Source: an uncultured bacterium
GTDB taxonomy: Bacteria; Actinomycetota; Acidimicrobiia; Spongiisociales; UBA5794
Reading direction: 5' to 3'
Length of the DNA: 64,000 bases
Assembly: GCA_963801165.1 (NCBI GenBank)
Contig: CAWDDT010000009.1
Coordinates: forward strand, 32,001-96,000
In this document: piece after piece, positions 47,705 to 56,014 of the stretch
Numbering within the stretch: the first letter of the stretch is position 1
How the letters are laid out: every line of letters starts with the position of its first letter
Translations under genes and position numbers: made by a program
Notes under the pieces: generated by a model
What the model saw: only the letters and a program-made list of their open reading frames with translations
Databases searched by the model: none
What the model was told of the DNA's origin: nothing

Positions 47705-47985
47705 GGCTGGCCGCACTACTGGACGAGTTGGAGCGAGCCTCCGGGCCGGTCACCGGCATCGAGTTGGCCGACCGTCTTGGCGTCCCTCCGTCCCGGGTGG
47801 CTGCCATGCTCGACGCACTTCGCGCTTCCGGGAGGCTGGGTCTCGAGTCACGACGGACGACCGCTCCGGGCAGCTGCGCTACATCGGGGTCGTGCTCGAT
47901 GAGTTGCCCCGGGCCGGATGAGTGCGCTCTGACGGTGGACCTGAGCGTCACAACCCTCCAGATCCAACCCTTCACCCGGCGCTGA
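47701..47985 (+). CDS. FeoC-like winged-helix protein
   Basis: ATGA overlap with feoB; wHTH followed by the four-Cys cluster CATSGSCSMSCPGPDEC. Confidence 0.75.
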   Translation: MRLAALLDELERASGPVTGIELADRLGVPPSRVAAMLDALRASGRLGLESRRTTAPGSCATSGSCSMSCPGPDECALTVDLSVTTLQIQPFTRR

Positions 47986-47986
47986 A

Positions 47987-48679
47987 TCAAGGCGCGACGA
48001 GCGCTCCGGCAAAGGGGACCGAGAATCGCTTGCACCAGACGAGGGCATAGTGATGCACAGACGGGTCGTATTCCGCAGGCAGCTCGTAGTTCTGGCCACC
48101 GACGTTGCCCTTCAGGTTCCCCAGGTCGAGGTAGGCGCCGAGGTTGTTTGGCTCGTAATCGTCCTTGTTGAGCAGGTATACATACAGATCGGGGCCGTTG
48201 AAGATCTCGGTGTCATCCTCGAACCGCAGCACGTAGGCGCCGTTCTGCTCGTAGATCGTGGCTGTGCCGGACGCCTCGTGGGCGAAGCTCGTTATCGGCC
48301 CGGTGGCGACGACGGTCGGCTCGGAAGACGCAGCTGCTGTGGTGCTCGTCGTGGACTCGTCCTCGGTCATGGCCTCGGTGGTCGTTGTGGTTGTCTCTTC
48401 TCCGGTCATGTCCTCGTAGGTCGTGGTCGTCTCGTCTTCGGTCATGGCCTCGGTGGTCGTTGTCGTCTCGTGTTCGGTCATGGTGGTAGTGGTTGTGGCG
48501 GGTTCGATGGTTGTCGTGGTTGTCACCGTCGAGACCACTGGGAAGGCGTCTTGCAGCGACTCGTCGACCCGATCGTCGACGAACAGTTTGTCGGGCCGGA
48601 ACGCCAGGAAGGCCACCAGGAGCACAACTGCCGCCACTCCGCCGAGCACCCATTTGTATCTTTTCAAGAAATCCATCAT
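47987..48679 (-). CDS. DM13 domain protein with TM anchor and Thr/Glu/Met repeat linker
   Basis: H.ASG.A, NGPDLYVYL, LG.LKGN.G.QNY, VWCKRFSV.F. Confidence 0.9.
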   Translation of the reverse strand: MMDFLKRYKWVLGGVAAVVLLVAFLAFRPDKLFVDDRVDESLQDAFPVVSTVTTTTTIEPATTTTTMTEHETTTTTEAMTEDETTTTYEDMTGEETTTTTTEAMTEDESTTSTTAAASSEPTVVATGPITSFAHEASGTATIYEQNGAYVLRFEDDTEIFNGPDLYVYLLNKDDYEPNNLGAYLDLGNLKGNVGGQNYELPAEYDPSVHHYALVWCKRFSVPFAGALVAP

Positions 48680-48779
48680 CTTCACCCCGTTTGGACGACT
48701 CTACGGGCGCAAACGGTCACACGACCCACGGTTGTTCCTCCTGGAGAGGAAGTTCTCCTTTTGTTCATACTCGAGCCGG

Positions 48780-49811
48780 TCAGATCGTTCTCGTGACCTT
48801 TGTCAATCCGCGGGGTCGCTCGGGGTCGAGACCACGGGCCTCCCCGAGGTGCAGGGTGAACAGTTGGGCGGCCACGATCGCCGCGATTGGTGTCATCCAC
48901 TCCGGCATGTCGGGCAACATCACGCCGGAATGCACCGCATGGAGCGCTTCCGATCGGTTGGTGATGGCGACGGTGCGTGCGCGATGTATCGTGGTTGCTT
49001 TCTGTAGTAGGTCCATCATGTCACCAAACAGCGGGCCCGCCATGGCGACGGCCAGGATCGGGAAGCCGGGCTCGACGACGGCAATCGGCCCATGTCTGAA
49101 GTCGGCGCTCGAATAGGGATGCGCCAGGGTGTAGGTGACCTCCTGGAGCTTCAGCGCCCACTCGAATGCGGTGCAGTGGTTGTAGCCGCGCCCGAGAACG
49201 GCGCACGCGCCCATGTCGGCGAATGCACCCGTGAGCGCCGCGATGTGCTCTTCGGCGTCGAGAACGGATTGGGCATGCCCGGGCAGCGCCGTCAGTTGGT
49301 CCGCCCATGCACCCGGGTCGAGCGCTGCCGAGAGCATGGCGATTGCCAGCAGCTCGGCCGTGTAGGTCTTTGTGGCGGCGATGGCCATCTCGCGGCCCGC
49401 CATGATGTCTATGACCGCGTCCGCTTGCCCGGCGAGCGGTGACTCCGGCTCGTTGGTGATCGCAATTGTCGGTCTTCCCTGGTGGCTTGCTTCCTCGAGC
49501 ACCGCGATCAGGTCTGGTGACTCGCCGGACTGTGAGATTCCGATGACGAGCGCCCCGTCGAGGCGTGGTGGCCGGTCGTAGCTGGTGAAGAGCGACGGAG
49601 CCGCCAATGCCACCGGGATCCGGTTGTGCGCCGCCAGCAGGTATTTCCCATAGCGTGCGGCGTTGTCCGAGGTGCCCCGGGCGGCGATCATCGCGTAATT
49701 GAAGTCGTGCGATGTGACGGCGGCCGCCACGTTGGCGATTGGCTCCCGGTTGGCTTCCAGGGCGTGCCGCAACACGCCCGGCTGCTCCAGGATCTCAGCA
49801 CGCATGCTCAC
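48780..49811 (-). CDS. SIS-domain sugar-phosphate isomerase/deaminase (GlmS C-terminal-like)
   Basis: EILEQP, ARGTSDNA, ISQSGES.D, AATKTY, ALKLQE, FRHGP, P.GL.KVT.T. Confidence 0.9.
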   Translation of the reverse strand: MSMRAEILEQPGVLRHALEANREPIANVAAAVTSHDFNYAMIAARGTSDNAARYGKYLLAAHNRIPVALAAPSLFTSYDRPPRLDGALVIGISQSGESPDLIAVLEEASHQGRPTIAITNEPESPLAGQADAVIDIMAGREMAIAATKTYTAELLAIAMLSAALDPGAWADQLTALPGHAQSVLDAEEHIAALTGAFADMGACAVLGRGYNHCTAFEWALKLQEVTYTLAHPYSSADFRHGPIAVVEPGFPILAVAMAGPLFGDMMDLLQKATTIHRARTVAITNRSEALHAVHSGVMLPDMPEWMTPIAAIVAAQLFTLHLGEARGLDPERPRGLTKVTRTI

Positions 49812-49824
49812 GTTGCCACCACCC

Positions 49825-50676
49825 TCAGCAGAGACGATCGATCCGGGCGGTGATCTCATCTCGCATCCGTGCGATGTGGGCGGTGACGTGGTCGGCAACG
49901 TCCGCCGCCGGGTCTTGGATCAGCGGCGTCAGATCCATGGCGATGATGATTGCCCCGGCCGTGTCTACCTCATGGCTCTGCAAGTAGGTGGCGTGTGCCA
50001 ACCTGCGTCCGGAGACAGCGAGGTCGTAGCGCTTCCCTCCGGACACCTGCGAGTCGTATACGCCGACGAGAGCAGCGGAGAGATTTGGGCGAAGCGTGAC
50101 GTCGAAAAGCACCTTGTCTGTGTCGGTCATCCAATCGAGGTCGCGCCAGACCTCACAGCCGTACAGCTTCTCGGGTTGCTCATCGGCGGCGAGGCTGCGG
50201 ATTGCGGCGATCGTGCGCAGAGCGGTAGCGACGTGGGTGTCGTGCTTGTCGGCCGGGTTGTGGGTGTACACGACCCGTGGTGCGGCTGCGGTGATGATGC
50301 CTGCCAGCTCCGTGACGACATCAGATGACGATCCGTCTTTGGCGACCGCACTCGGGTAGTCGAGCTGGATAGCGGCGCTGTACTCGCCGACGTAGGCGGC
50401 CTTGTTCTCCTCGCCGGCGCGAACACGTCGCATCTGTTCGTCACTGTGGTCGGCGTAGAGGTCTGCTCGGGGGCTGCCCGCTCCGTCGGTCACGGTGACT
50501 GCCAGGAACCACCGATCGCTCTGCCCGAAGCAGTGCAAGATCCCGTCGCAAGCCATGATCGCGATGTCGTCCTGGTGTGCGCCTACGGCGAGGTGGGTCG
50601 TCCGGGACAGCGCAATCTCCGAAGCCGCCCCGTCGGGAACGAAGATCTGAGCACCCGGGTTGCGAAACTCCATCAT
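49825..50676 (-). CDS. PIG-L family deacetylase
   Basis: GAHQDD, VTDGAGS, YTHN.ADKHDTH. Confidence 0.85.
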   Translation of the reverse strand: MMEFRNPGAQIFVPDGAASEIALSRTTHLAVGAHQDDIAIMACDGILHCFGQSDRWFLAVTVTDGAGSPRADLYADHSDEQMRRVRAGEENKAAYVGEYSAAIQLDYPSAVAKDGSSSDVVTELAGIITAAAPRVVYTHNPADKHDTHVATALRTIAAIRSLAADEQPEKLYGCEVWRDLDWMTDTDKVLFDVTLRPNLSAALVGVYDSQVSGGKRYDLAVSGRRLAHATYLQSHEVDTAGAIIIAMDLTPLIQDPAADVADHVTAHIARMRDEITARIDRLC

Positions 50677-50813
50677 CCGATCTCCTTGTCGCGTCGGGGC
50701 AGGCCGACCGTTGCAGGCTGTGTTTGACCAACATATCAAGTTTGCCGCAGCTCGCAGGCAACCCGGTGCGAAGGTCCGAGATATCGCATCATGAGGCCGT
50801 GTATGGTTCCGTC

Positions 50814-51851
50814 ATGGTGCACCGTCTCGTTTCGGTTCTCGAGCAATCGCTGGGCGTCTACGGGACAGCCCCGACCTGCTATCTGTCGGCTCTTGCCCGG
50901 GTGCCCCACTTCTCCATCGCCAGCTTCGACGCCGCCATCGCCGGACAGATGCTGGTGCGGATCCGGGCGATGCGCTACTCGGTGTACACGCTCCCCGTCG
51001 GGATGGTCGCCATGGTTGCGGCGGCTACCCGGAGCATCGGGCGAAAGCAGAACGTCAGGCGAAGGCGGATCGAGAGGCGCTACGAGCGGCTCTCTTTGGC
51101 GATCGAGGAAGCGCTGGCCGGTGGGCCCCGAGCAGCCTCAGAGATCCGGGACATCGTGGATCCCGAGCACGAACTCGATGACGAATTGGGCATCGTCATC
51201 GGAACAATGCTGTCCGACTTCCGGCTGGTGCGGGCGACGTCCACAGGCACCTGGCGCTCCGATCGCTACCTGTATGCGCGCTGGGCGGACTGGATCCCGG
51301 AAGTCGATCCGGAGGCGATCGGCGAGCTGGATGCGAAACGGGAATTAGTGGAGCGGTATGTCGCCGCCTACGGTCCGGTCACCCTCGACGACGTCAAATG
51401 GTGGACGGGATGGACCAAGACCGAGTCCTTGGAGGCGGCCGACGGCATCGATCTGGCTCGTACCGGAGATGCAGCGGTGCTGCTCGAGGGGACGAGGCTG
51501 CTGCCGGTATGGGATGCGCTCATGGTCGCCTATCGCAAACGCGATCGGCTGCTTGATCCGAGCTTCGCCCCGCTGGTATACGACCGGTATGGAAACGCCA
51601 CCTCCGTCGTACTCGACGACGGGCGGGCGGTCGGTCAGTGGGACCTCGGCAGCGCCGACTCCCCGCTGGCGCTGAAGGTGGCACCGTTCGAGGAGTGGTC
51701 GCCCGCGCGCTGGGATCGGGTCGAGGAGCAGGCCAACCTGATCGCCACCCTTGCTGGCGCGGCGTCGGTCACGGTCACCCGGCTCGAGGAGCCAACGGAT
51801 TTGCTCGACTCGTCACGCAATCGCTTTCTCGCCCCGCTCTCACGACGGTGA
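50814..51851 (+). CDS. AlkZ/YcaQ-like (HTH_42) winged-helix DNA glycosylase family protein
   Basis: YLS..AR, AMRYSV, YVAAYGPVT..D..WWTG, LLP.WD, DGR.VG.W. Start uncertain. Confidence 0.75.
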   Translation: MVHRLVSVLEQSLGVYGTAPTCYLSALARVPHFSIASFDAAIAGQMLVRIRAMRYSVYTLPVGMVAMVAAATRSIGRKQNVRRRRIERRYERLSLAIEEALAGGPRAASEIRDIVDPEHELDDELGIVIGTMLSDFRLVRATSTGTWRSDRYLYARWADWIPEVDPEAIGELDAKRELVERYVAAYGPVTLDDVKWWTGWTKTESLEAADGIDLARTGDAAVLLEGTRLLPVWDALMVAYRKRDRLLDPSFAPLVYDRYGNATSVVLDDGRAVGQWDLGSADSPLALKVAPFEEWSPARWDRVEEQANLIATLAGAASVTVTRLEEPTDLLDSSRNRFLAPLSRR

Positions 51852-51899
51852 CGTCGCGCCGGTAGGTACGCTGGCCTCGTCAATCAAGGAGCGCACACA

Positions 51900-52619
51900 A
51901 TGCGAGATCTCACTGGTCGGATCGTTGCCATCACAGGTGGGAGCTCGGGGATCGGGGCGGCCACGGCACGGGCGCTCGCCGGCCGCGGGGCCAAGTTGGT
52001 GCTGGGGGCGCGGCATCCCGAGCGGCTCCGCACAATCGTTGATGAGCTCGATGGGGCGGCTGTCGCCGTCGAGATGGACGTTTGCGACCCCGAGGGGGCT
52101 CGTCGTCTCGTCGCCACGGCGGTCGGTTCGTTTGGTGACCTCGACGTGCTCGTGGCCAACGCGGGAGTCGGAACATACGGCGGGATCATGGACAACAGCG
52201 ACGAGCGGCTCCGCGACATGATGGACACAAATGTCGCCGGTACGGTATGGACGGTCCGCGCCGCTGTGCCGCATTTTCTCGAGAGGGGCGAAGGCGACAT
52301 CGTGATCGTGGCGTCGACGGCCGGTCTGCGCAGTGGTCCGAACCAGGCCGTGTATGCGGCGACGAAGTACGCCCAGGTGGGTCTGGCCGGTGGTCTCGAC
52401 CAGGAGCTGCGGCAGAAGAACATTCGGGTAAGCGCCATCTGCCCCGGCGGTGTCGAGACGGAGTTCGCAATGGGTTTCGGGCGGACCCCGGACATGCCCG
52501 TCCTCGCAGAGATGATGCGCCCGGAGGACATCGCGGACGCCATCGTCACGATCCTCACCCAACCCAAGACCATGCGAACTCTGATCTGGTCGATGCGGGG
52601 CATGTACGAACCGGACTGA
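51900..52619 (+). CDS. Short-chain dehydrogenase/reductase
   Basis: TGGSSGIG, ANAG, YAATK. Confidence 0.93.
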   Translation: MRDLTGRIVAITGGSSGIGAATARALAGRGAKLVLGARHPERLRTIVDELDGAAVAVEMDVCDPEGARRLVATAVGSFGDLDVLVANAGVGTYGGIMDNSDERLRDMMDTNVAGTVWTVRAAVPHFLERGEGDIVIVASTAGLRSGPNQAVYAATKYAQVGLAGGLDQELRQKNIRVSAICPGGVETEFAMGFGRTPDMPVLAEMMRPEDIADAIVTILTQPKTMRTLIWSMRGMYEPD

Positions 52620-52933
52620 CCTCTCAGCGTGTTGCGGATTTCTGACGCCTCGAAAGCCCGCCGATGTCCGCAAGAACCGGGAGCGAAACTCTCAGGAACC
52701 TCTTAGGTTCTCATTCGGCTGGTCTCAGGTTGGGGAGAGATGATGAACGAGTCATGGAAACATGACAGACAACCGAATATCGCACGCAGGAGCATCGGGC
52801 TCACTCTCTCCCCTTCCTCCCCTCCCGGCCAATAATCACCGTGAAAACGATGATGAGGCGCCCCGAGAGACCTGCGTGCGAACTCTTCCCCTCAGCCCCG
52901 GAGTCACTACACCGGGGCTGAGTCTCGTCCGGG

Positions 52934-53158
52934 TCAGTACGGCGCCGGGCCCGTCAGTGCGAGATCCTCAGCGGTGATCGGTGGGATGTCGCCACACACG
53001 ACGGGGAGAGCCGAGCGGCAGGGCTCAGAACCTCGCGAGGGCAGATCCCAGACGAGCACGGTGCCGCACTCAGGGCACCACTCGTACCCCTCATCGCGCA
53101 GCTCGTCGTGGTGACGCTCACGCTCTGCAGTGTGCATGCGCTGGTAGGTATGTTCCAT
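52934..53158 (-). CDS. Possible small His/Cys-rich protein (CPEC knuckle)
   Basis: MEHTYQRMH..ERERHHDEL...WCPECG; lies in an otherwise empty gap. Confidence 0.3.
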   Translation of the reverse strand: MEHTYQRMHTAERERHHDELRDEGYEWCPECGTVLVWDLPSRGSEPCRSALPVVCGDIPPITAEDLALTGPAPY

Positions 53159-53234
53159 GCAGTGAATGTCGGCAGATTGCATAGAAACTTGAAGTGCCTC
53201 CGTGTATATTTCCATCGTACCTCGTGGGTAGGCT

Positions 53235-54161
53235 ATGTCGATGGGTTTTGCATCCGAGGCAACGGGCTGGCTCATAGACGGCGATGCCTCCATCAGCTGG
53301 CAAACGATGCAGGACCTGCTCAATCGGGCACCCGCGACGGTGGCACGGGAGCGGGCCCGGGTTGCGACCACCGGCTGGGGAAAGCGGCTGTTGGAGAAGC
53401 AGGACGCGGAAGGTACCTGGGCGCATGGCGTCTACGGCCCGAAGTGGATCTCCACCACATACACGCTCTTGCTGTTGCGCCGGCTCGGTATACCGCCCAA
53501 CAGCCTTGACGGCAGGCGAGGCTGCCGGGCGCTGTGGGACCGGATCATCGTCGACGGAGGGGTCACCTGGGCGAACACGGCGGTGATGCCCGATGTCTGT
53601 GTGACGGCAATGTTTCTCGCTCTCGACTACTACTTCGACAACCGCGACCCGCGCCGCGAGGAAGCGCTGGCCTGGATGCTCGATCAACAGCTTCCCGACG
53701 GGGGCTGGAACTGCTCGGCGAGACGCTCCGGGTCGAGCCACGGGTCCTTTCATACGACGATCTCCGTGCTCGAGGCCCTCGCCGAGATCGGCGATCCTGC
53801 CAGTGACACAGCGGCCGGGCGGGGCCGCGAGTTCTTTCTCGGTCACCGGATGTACCGCTCACACCGCACGGGCGAGGTGTCGCACCCGTCCTTCACCAAG
53901 CTGTCGTTCCCGCCGCGCTGGTACTACGACGTGCTGCGTGGTCTCGACTACTTTCGCCTGGTCGACGCCCCCTACGACGAGCGGCTCGACGACGCTCTCG
54001 AGCTCCTCGTCACCAAGCGACGCAAGGACGGTAAGTGGCCCGTGCAGAACAAGCACCAGGGCCGGGTGTGGTTCGACATGGAGACGGGGCGCGAGCCCAG
54101 CCGCTGGAACACGTTGCGGGCGCTCCGCGTGCTCGACCGCTATCAGCCGAGCGCCCGGTGA
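53235..54161 (+). CDS. Prenyltransferase/squalene-cyclase-like repeat protein
   Basis: QDAEGTW, QLPDGGWNC, FPPRW.YD.LRGL, PSRWNTLRA. Confidence 0.8.
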   Translation: MSMGFASEATGWLIDGDASISWQTMQDLLNRAPATVARERARVATTGWGKRLLEKQDAEGTWAHGVYGPKWISTTYTLLLLRRLGIPPNSLDGRRGCRALWDRIIVDGGVTWANTAVMPDVCVTAMFLALDYYFDNRDPRREEALAWMLDQQLPDGGWNCSARRSGSSHGSFHTTISVLEALAEIGDPASDTAAGRGREFFLGHRMYRSHRTGEVSHPSFTKLSFPPRWYYDVLRGLDYFRLVDAPYDERLDDALELLVTKRRKDGKWPVQNKHQGRVWFDMETGREPSRWNTLRALRVLDRYQPSAR

Positions 54162-55921
54162 AGGAACGCCGCCATCTGGCCGCGGGTCACCGACTGTGTC
54201 GGGCAGAACCGGTCGTTGGCCGGCGGGTTGCAGCCCTTGGTGATCCCGGCGCCGGCCAGTAGCTCAATGCTCGTCTCGAAGACAGACCCGTTGTCGTCCA
54301 CGAATTGGGTACCGTCTGCGTCACCCGTGAGATCAAGCGCTCGCACCAGGAACGCCGCCATCTGGGCGCGGGTCACCGGGTCGGTGGGGCAGAAGTGGTC
54401 GTTGGCCGGCGGGTTGCAGCCTTTGGTGATCCCGTCCGCCGCCAGTGTGTTGATATTGGCGAAGTGGACCGAGGACCCCGTGTCGGTGAAGGGGTTGCTC
54501 GTCACCGCCGGCAGATCGAGTGCCCGAACCAGGAACGTGGCCATTTGTTCCCGGGTGACGACATCGTCCGGGCAGTACAGATCGTTGATCGGCGGGTTGC
54601 AGCCCTTGGTGATGCCCTGGTCGGCCAGCCAGCTGATGTCGTTCTCGAAGAGGTAGCCGGGCGGCACGTCCCGAAACCCGGAGGCGGGTAGATCATCTGT
54701 CGATCCGTACTCGTCAGCACCGATGTCGGCGGCTGCCCCGACCGGCCGATAGTTCCCATCGAAATCGTCGTCGACGAGCGTGACACCAGCGGCGGCGTCG
54801 ATGGCTCCGGTGGCCGCTGCGGTCAGGTGCAGATCGCCGCTCCCGAAAAACCAGCCGGCGGGCGCGTTGGTGACGTTGCCCTGGAGCGTCCCCGTGGCGC
54901 CGTCCCGCTGCCAGATCGGCCCATCGGTGAGATTGTTGGCGATCGTCGCCGTGGTCGATGAGAAGCGGTACTCGATGGTCCCCGACGGGAACGTGCCATT
55001 CTGGATGACCGTGTTGTGATAGATCGCGACGTCCCGTGCGTAGTTGACGGTGATGCCGATGTCGCCGGAGCCTTCCCGGTAGATCATGTTGTTGCGGATC
55101 TCACCGCCCTGGAAGTCATAGGTGCTCTCGCCGTCCCTGGAGTTGACGTCGGGCGCCGACAATCCGAGAGCGATGGACCGGTCGCACTCGATGAACAGGT
55201 TTCGTTCGACGACGGTGTTGATCGAGTTGCGCCACATCAGCACGGCCGGCCCGGCGAGCTGGCCCTCGGGAGCGCGAATGTTGCGGAACTCGTTGTCCCT
55301 GATGATCCACCCCGACCCGGCGAGCACGTCGACGCCGTTGGTGTAGTCGCTGCGAGCCCGGTCGGTGTACTCGAACAGAGAGCACTCGACGACGCCGTCG
55401 TCTGCATAGGGTCCCGGGTTGCCCGCCGTCGATCCCTTGACGAATTGCTCACCGGCGTCGACCAGGTGAAGGTTGTACAGATGCACTCCGTCGGCGTCAT
55501 CCTCCCCGTGGATCTGGATCAGGTGGTAGTAGGCGTCACGCAGCGTGAGGTCGGCGATCAGCACTTCCTTGGCGTCGTAGACCGCCATCACGTGTGGCAC
55601 GTTGCCGTAACTGGTGTTCGACATGCCCCGTCCGCGCAGGACGACCGCATCGCGGTTGCCGCTCGCCGAGCGGATTGTCACGTTGGATACGCCACGGATG
55701 TTGAGCGTGTTGGTCAGGTCGTAGGTGCCGTCTGCGATGAGGATGGTGGTGCCGGAGGTGAGGTTGTTCACCGCGTCCTGGAGATCGGCGGTGGTGGCGA
55801 CGGTCACCACGTTTCCCGTCGCCGATGACAGCGGGCCACACGCGGAAGCCGCCCCAGCTTGCGGCGAAGGGAAGGTGAAGAGGGCGGTGGCGACCAGGAT
55901 CAGTGGAAGGGATCGTTTCAT
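54143..55921 (-). CDS. Secreted parallel beta-helix protein with three C-terminal SLH domains
   Basis: Signal peptide, TI.IADGTY, Asn-ladder repeats, ADIGADE; 3 x (GITKGCNPP...FCP...VTR.QMA.FL.RAL). Confidence 0.88.
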   Translation of the reverse strand: MKRSLPLILVATALFTFPSPQAGAASACGPLSSATGNVVTVATTADLQDAVNNLTSGTTILIADGTYDLTNTLNIRGVSNVTIRSASGNRDAVVLRGRGMSNTSYGNVPHVMAVYDAKEVLIADLTLRDAYYHLIQIHGEDDADGVHLYNLHLVDAGEQFVKGSTAGNPGPYADDGVVECSLFEYTDRARSDYTNGVDVLAGSGWIIRDNEFRNIRAPEGQLAGPAVLMWRNSINTVVERNLFIECDRSIALGLSAPDVNSRDGESTYDFQGGEIRNNMIYREGSGDIGITVNYARDVAIYHNTVIQNGTFPSGTIEYRFSSTTATIANNLTDGPIWQRDGATGTLQGNVTNAPAGWFFGSGDLHLTAAATGAIDAAAGVTLVDDDFDGNYRPVGAAADIGADEYGSTDDLPASGFRDVPPGYLFENDISWLADQGITKGCNPPINDLYCPDDVVTREQMATFLVRALDLPAVTSNPFTDTGSSVHFANINTLAADGITKGCNPPANDHFCPTDPVTRAQMAAFLVRALDLTGDADGTQFVDDNGSVFETSIELLAGAGITKGCNPPANDRFCPTQSVTRGQMAAFLHRALG

Positions 55922-56014
55922 AGGCACATTCTGGCTTGGCCGGGTTTCCTACCGGAATCCGACGGCGTGTCCCGGTGCGACGCTCTACGATCCGCTCCGG
56001 TCTGCGAGGAGCCA

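Noticed and set aside
52632-52673. TTGCGGA...TCCGCAA loose hairpin after the SDR gene
   Set aside because: Only 7-bp arms with a mismatched interior; cannot call it a terminator or repeat.
54160-54620. Three similar DNA segments
   Set aside because: Explained by the three SLH domains of the encoded protein.
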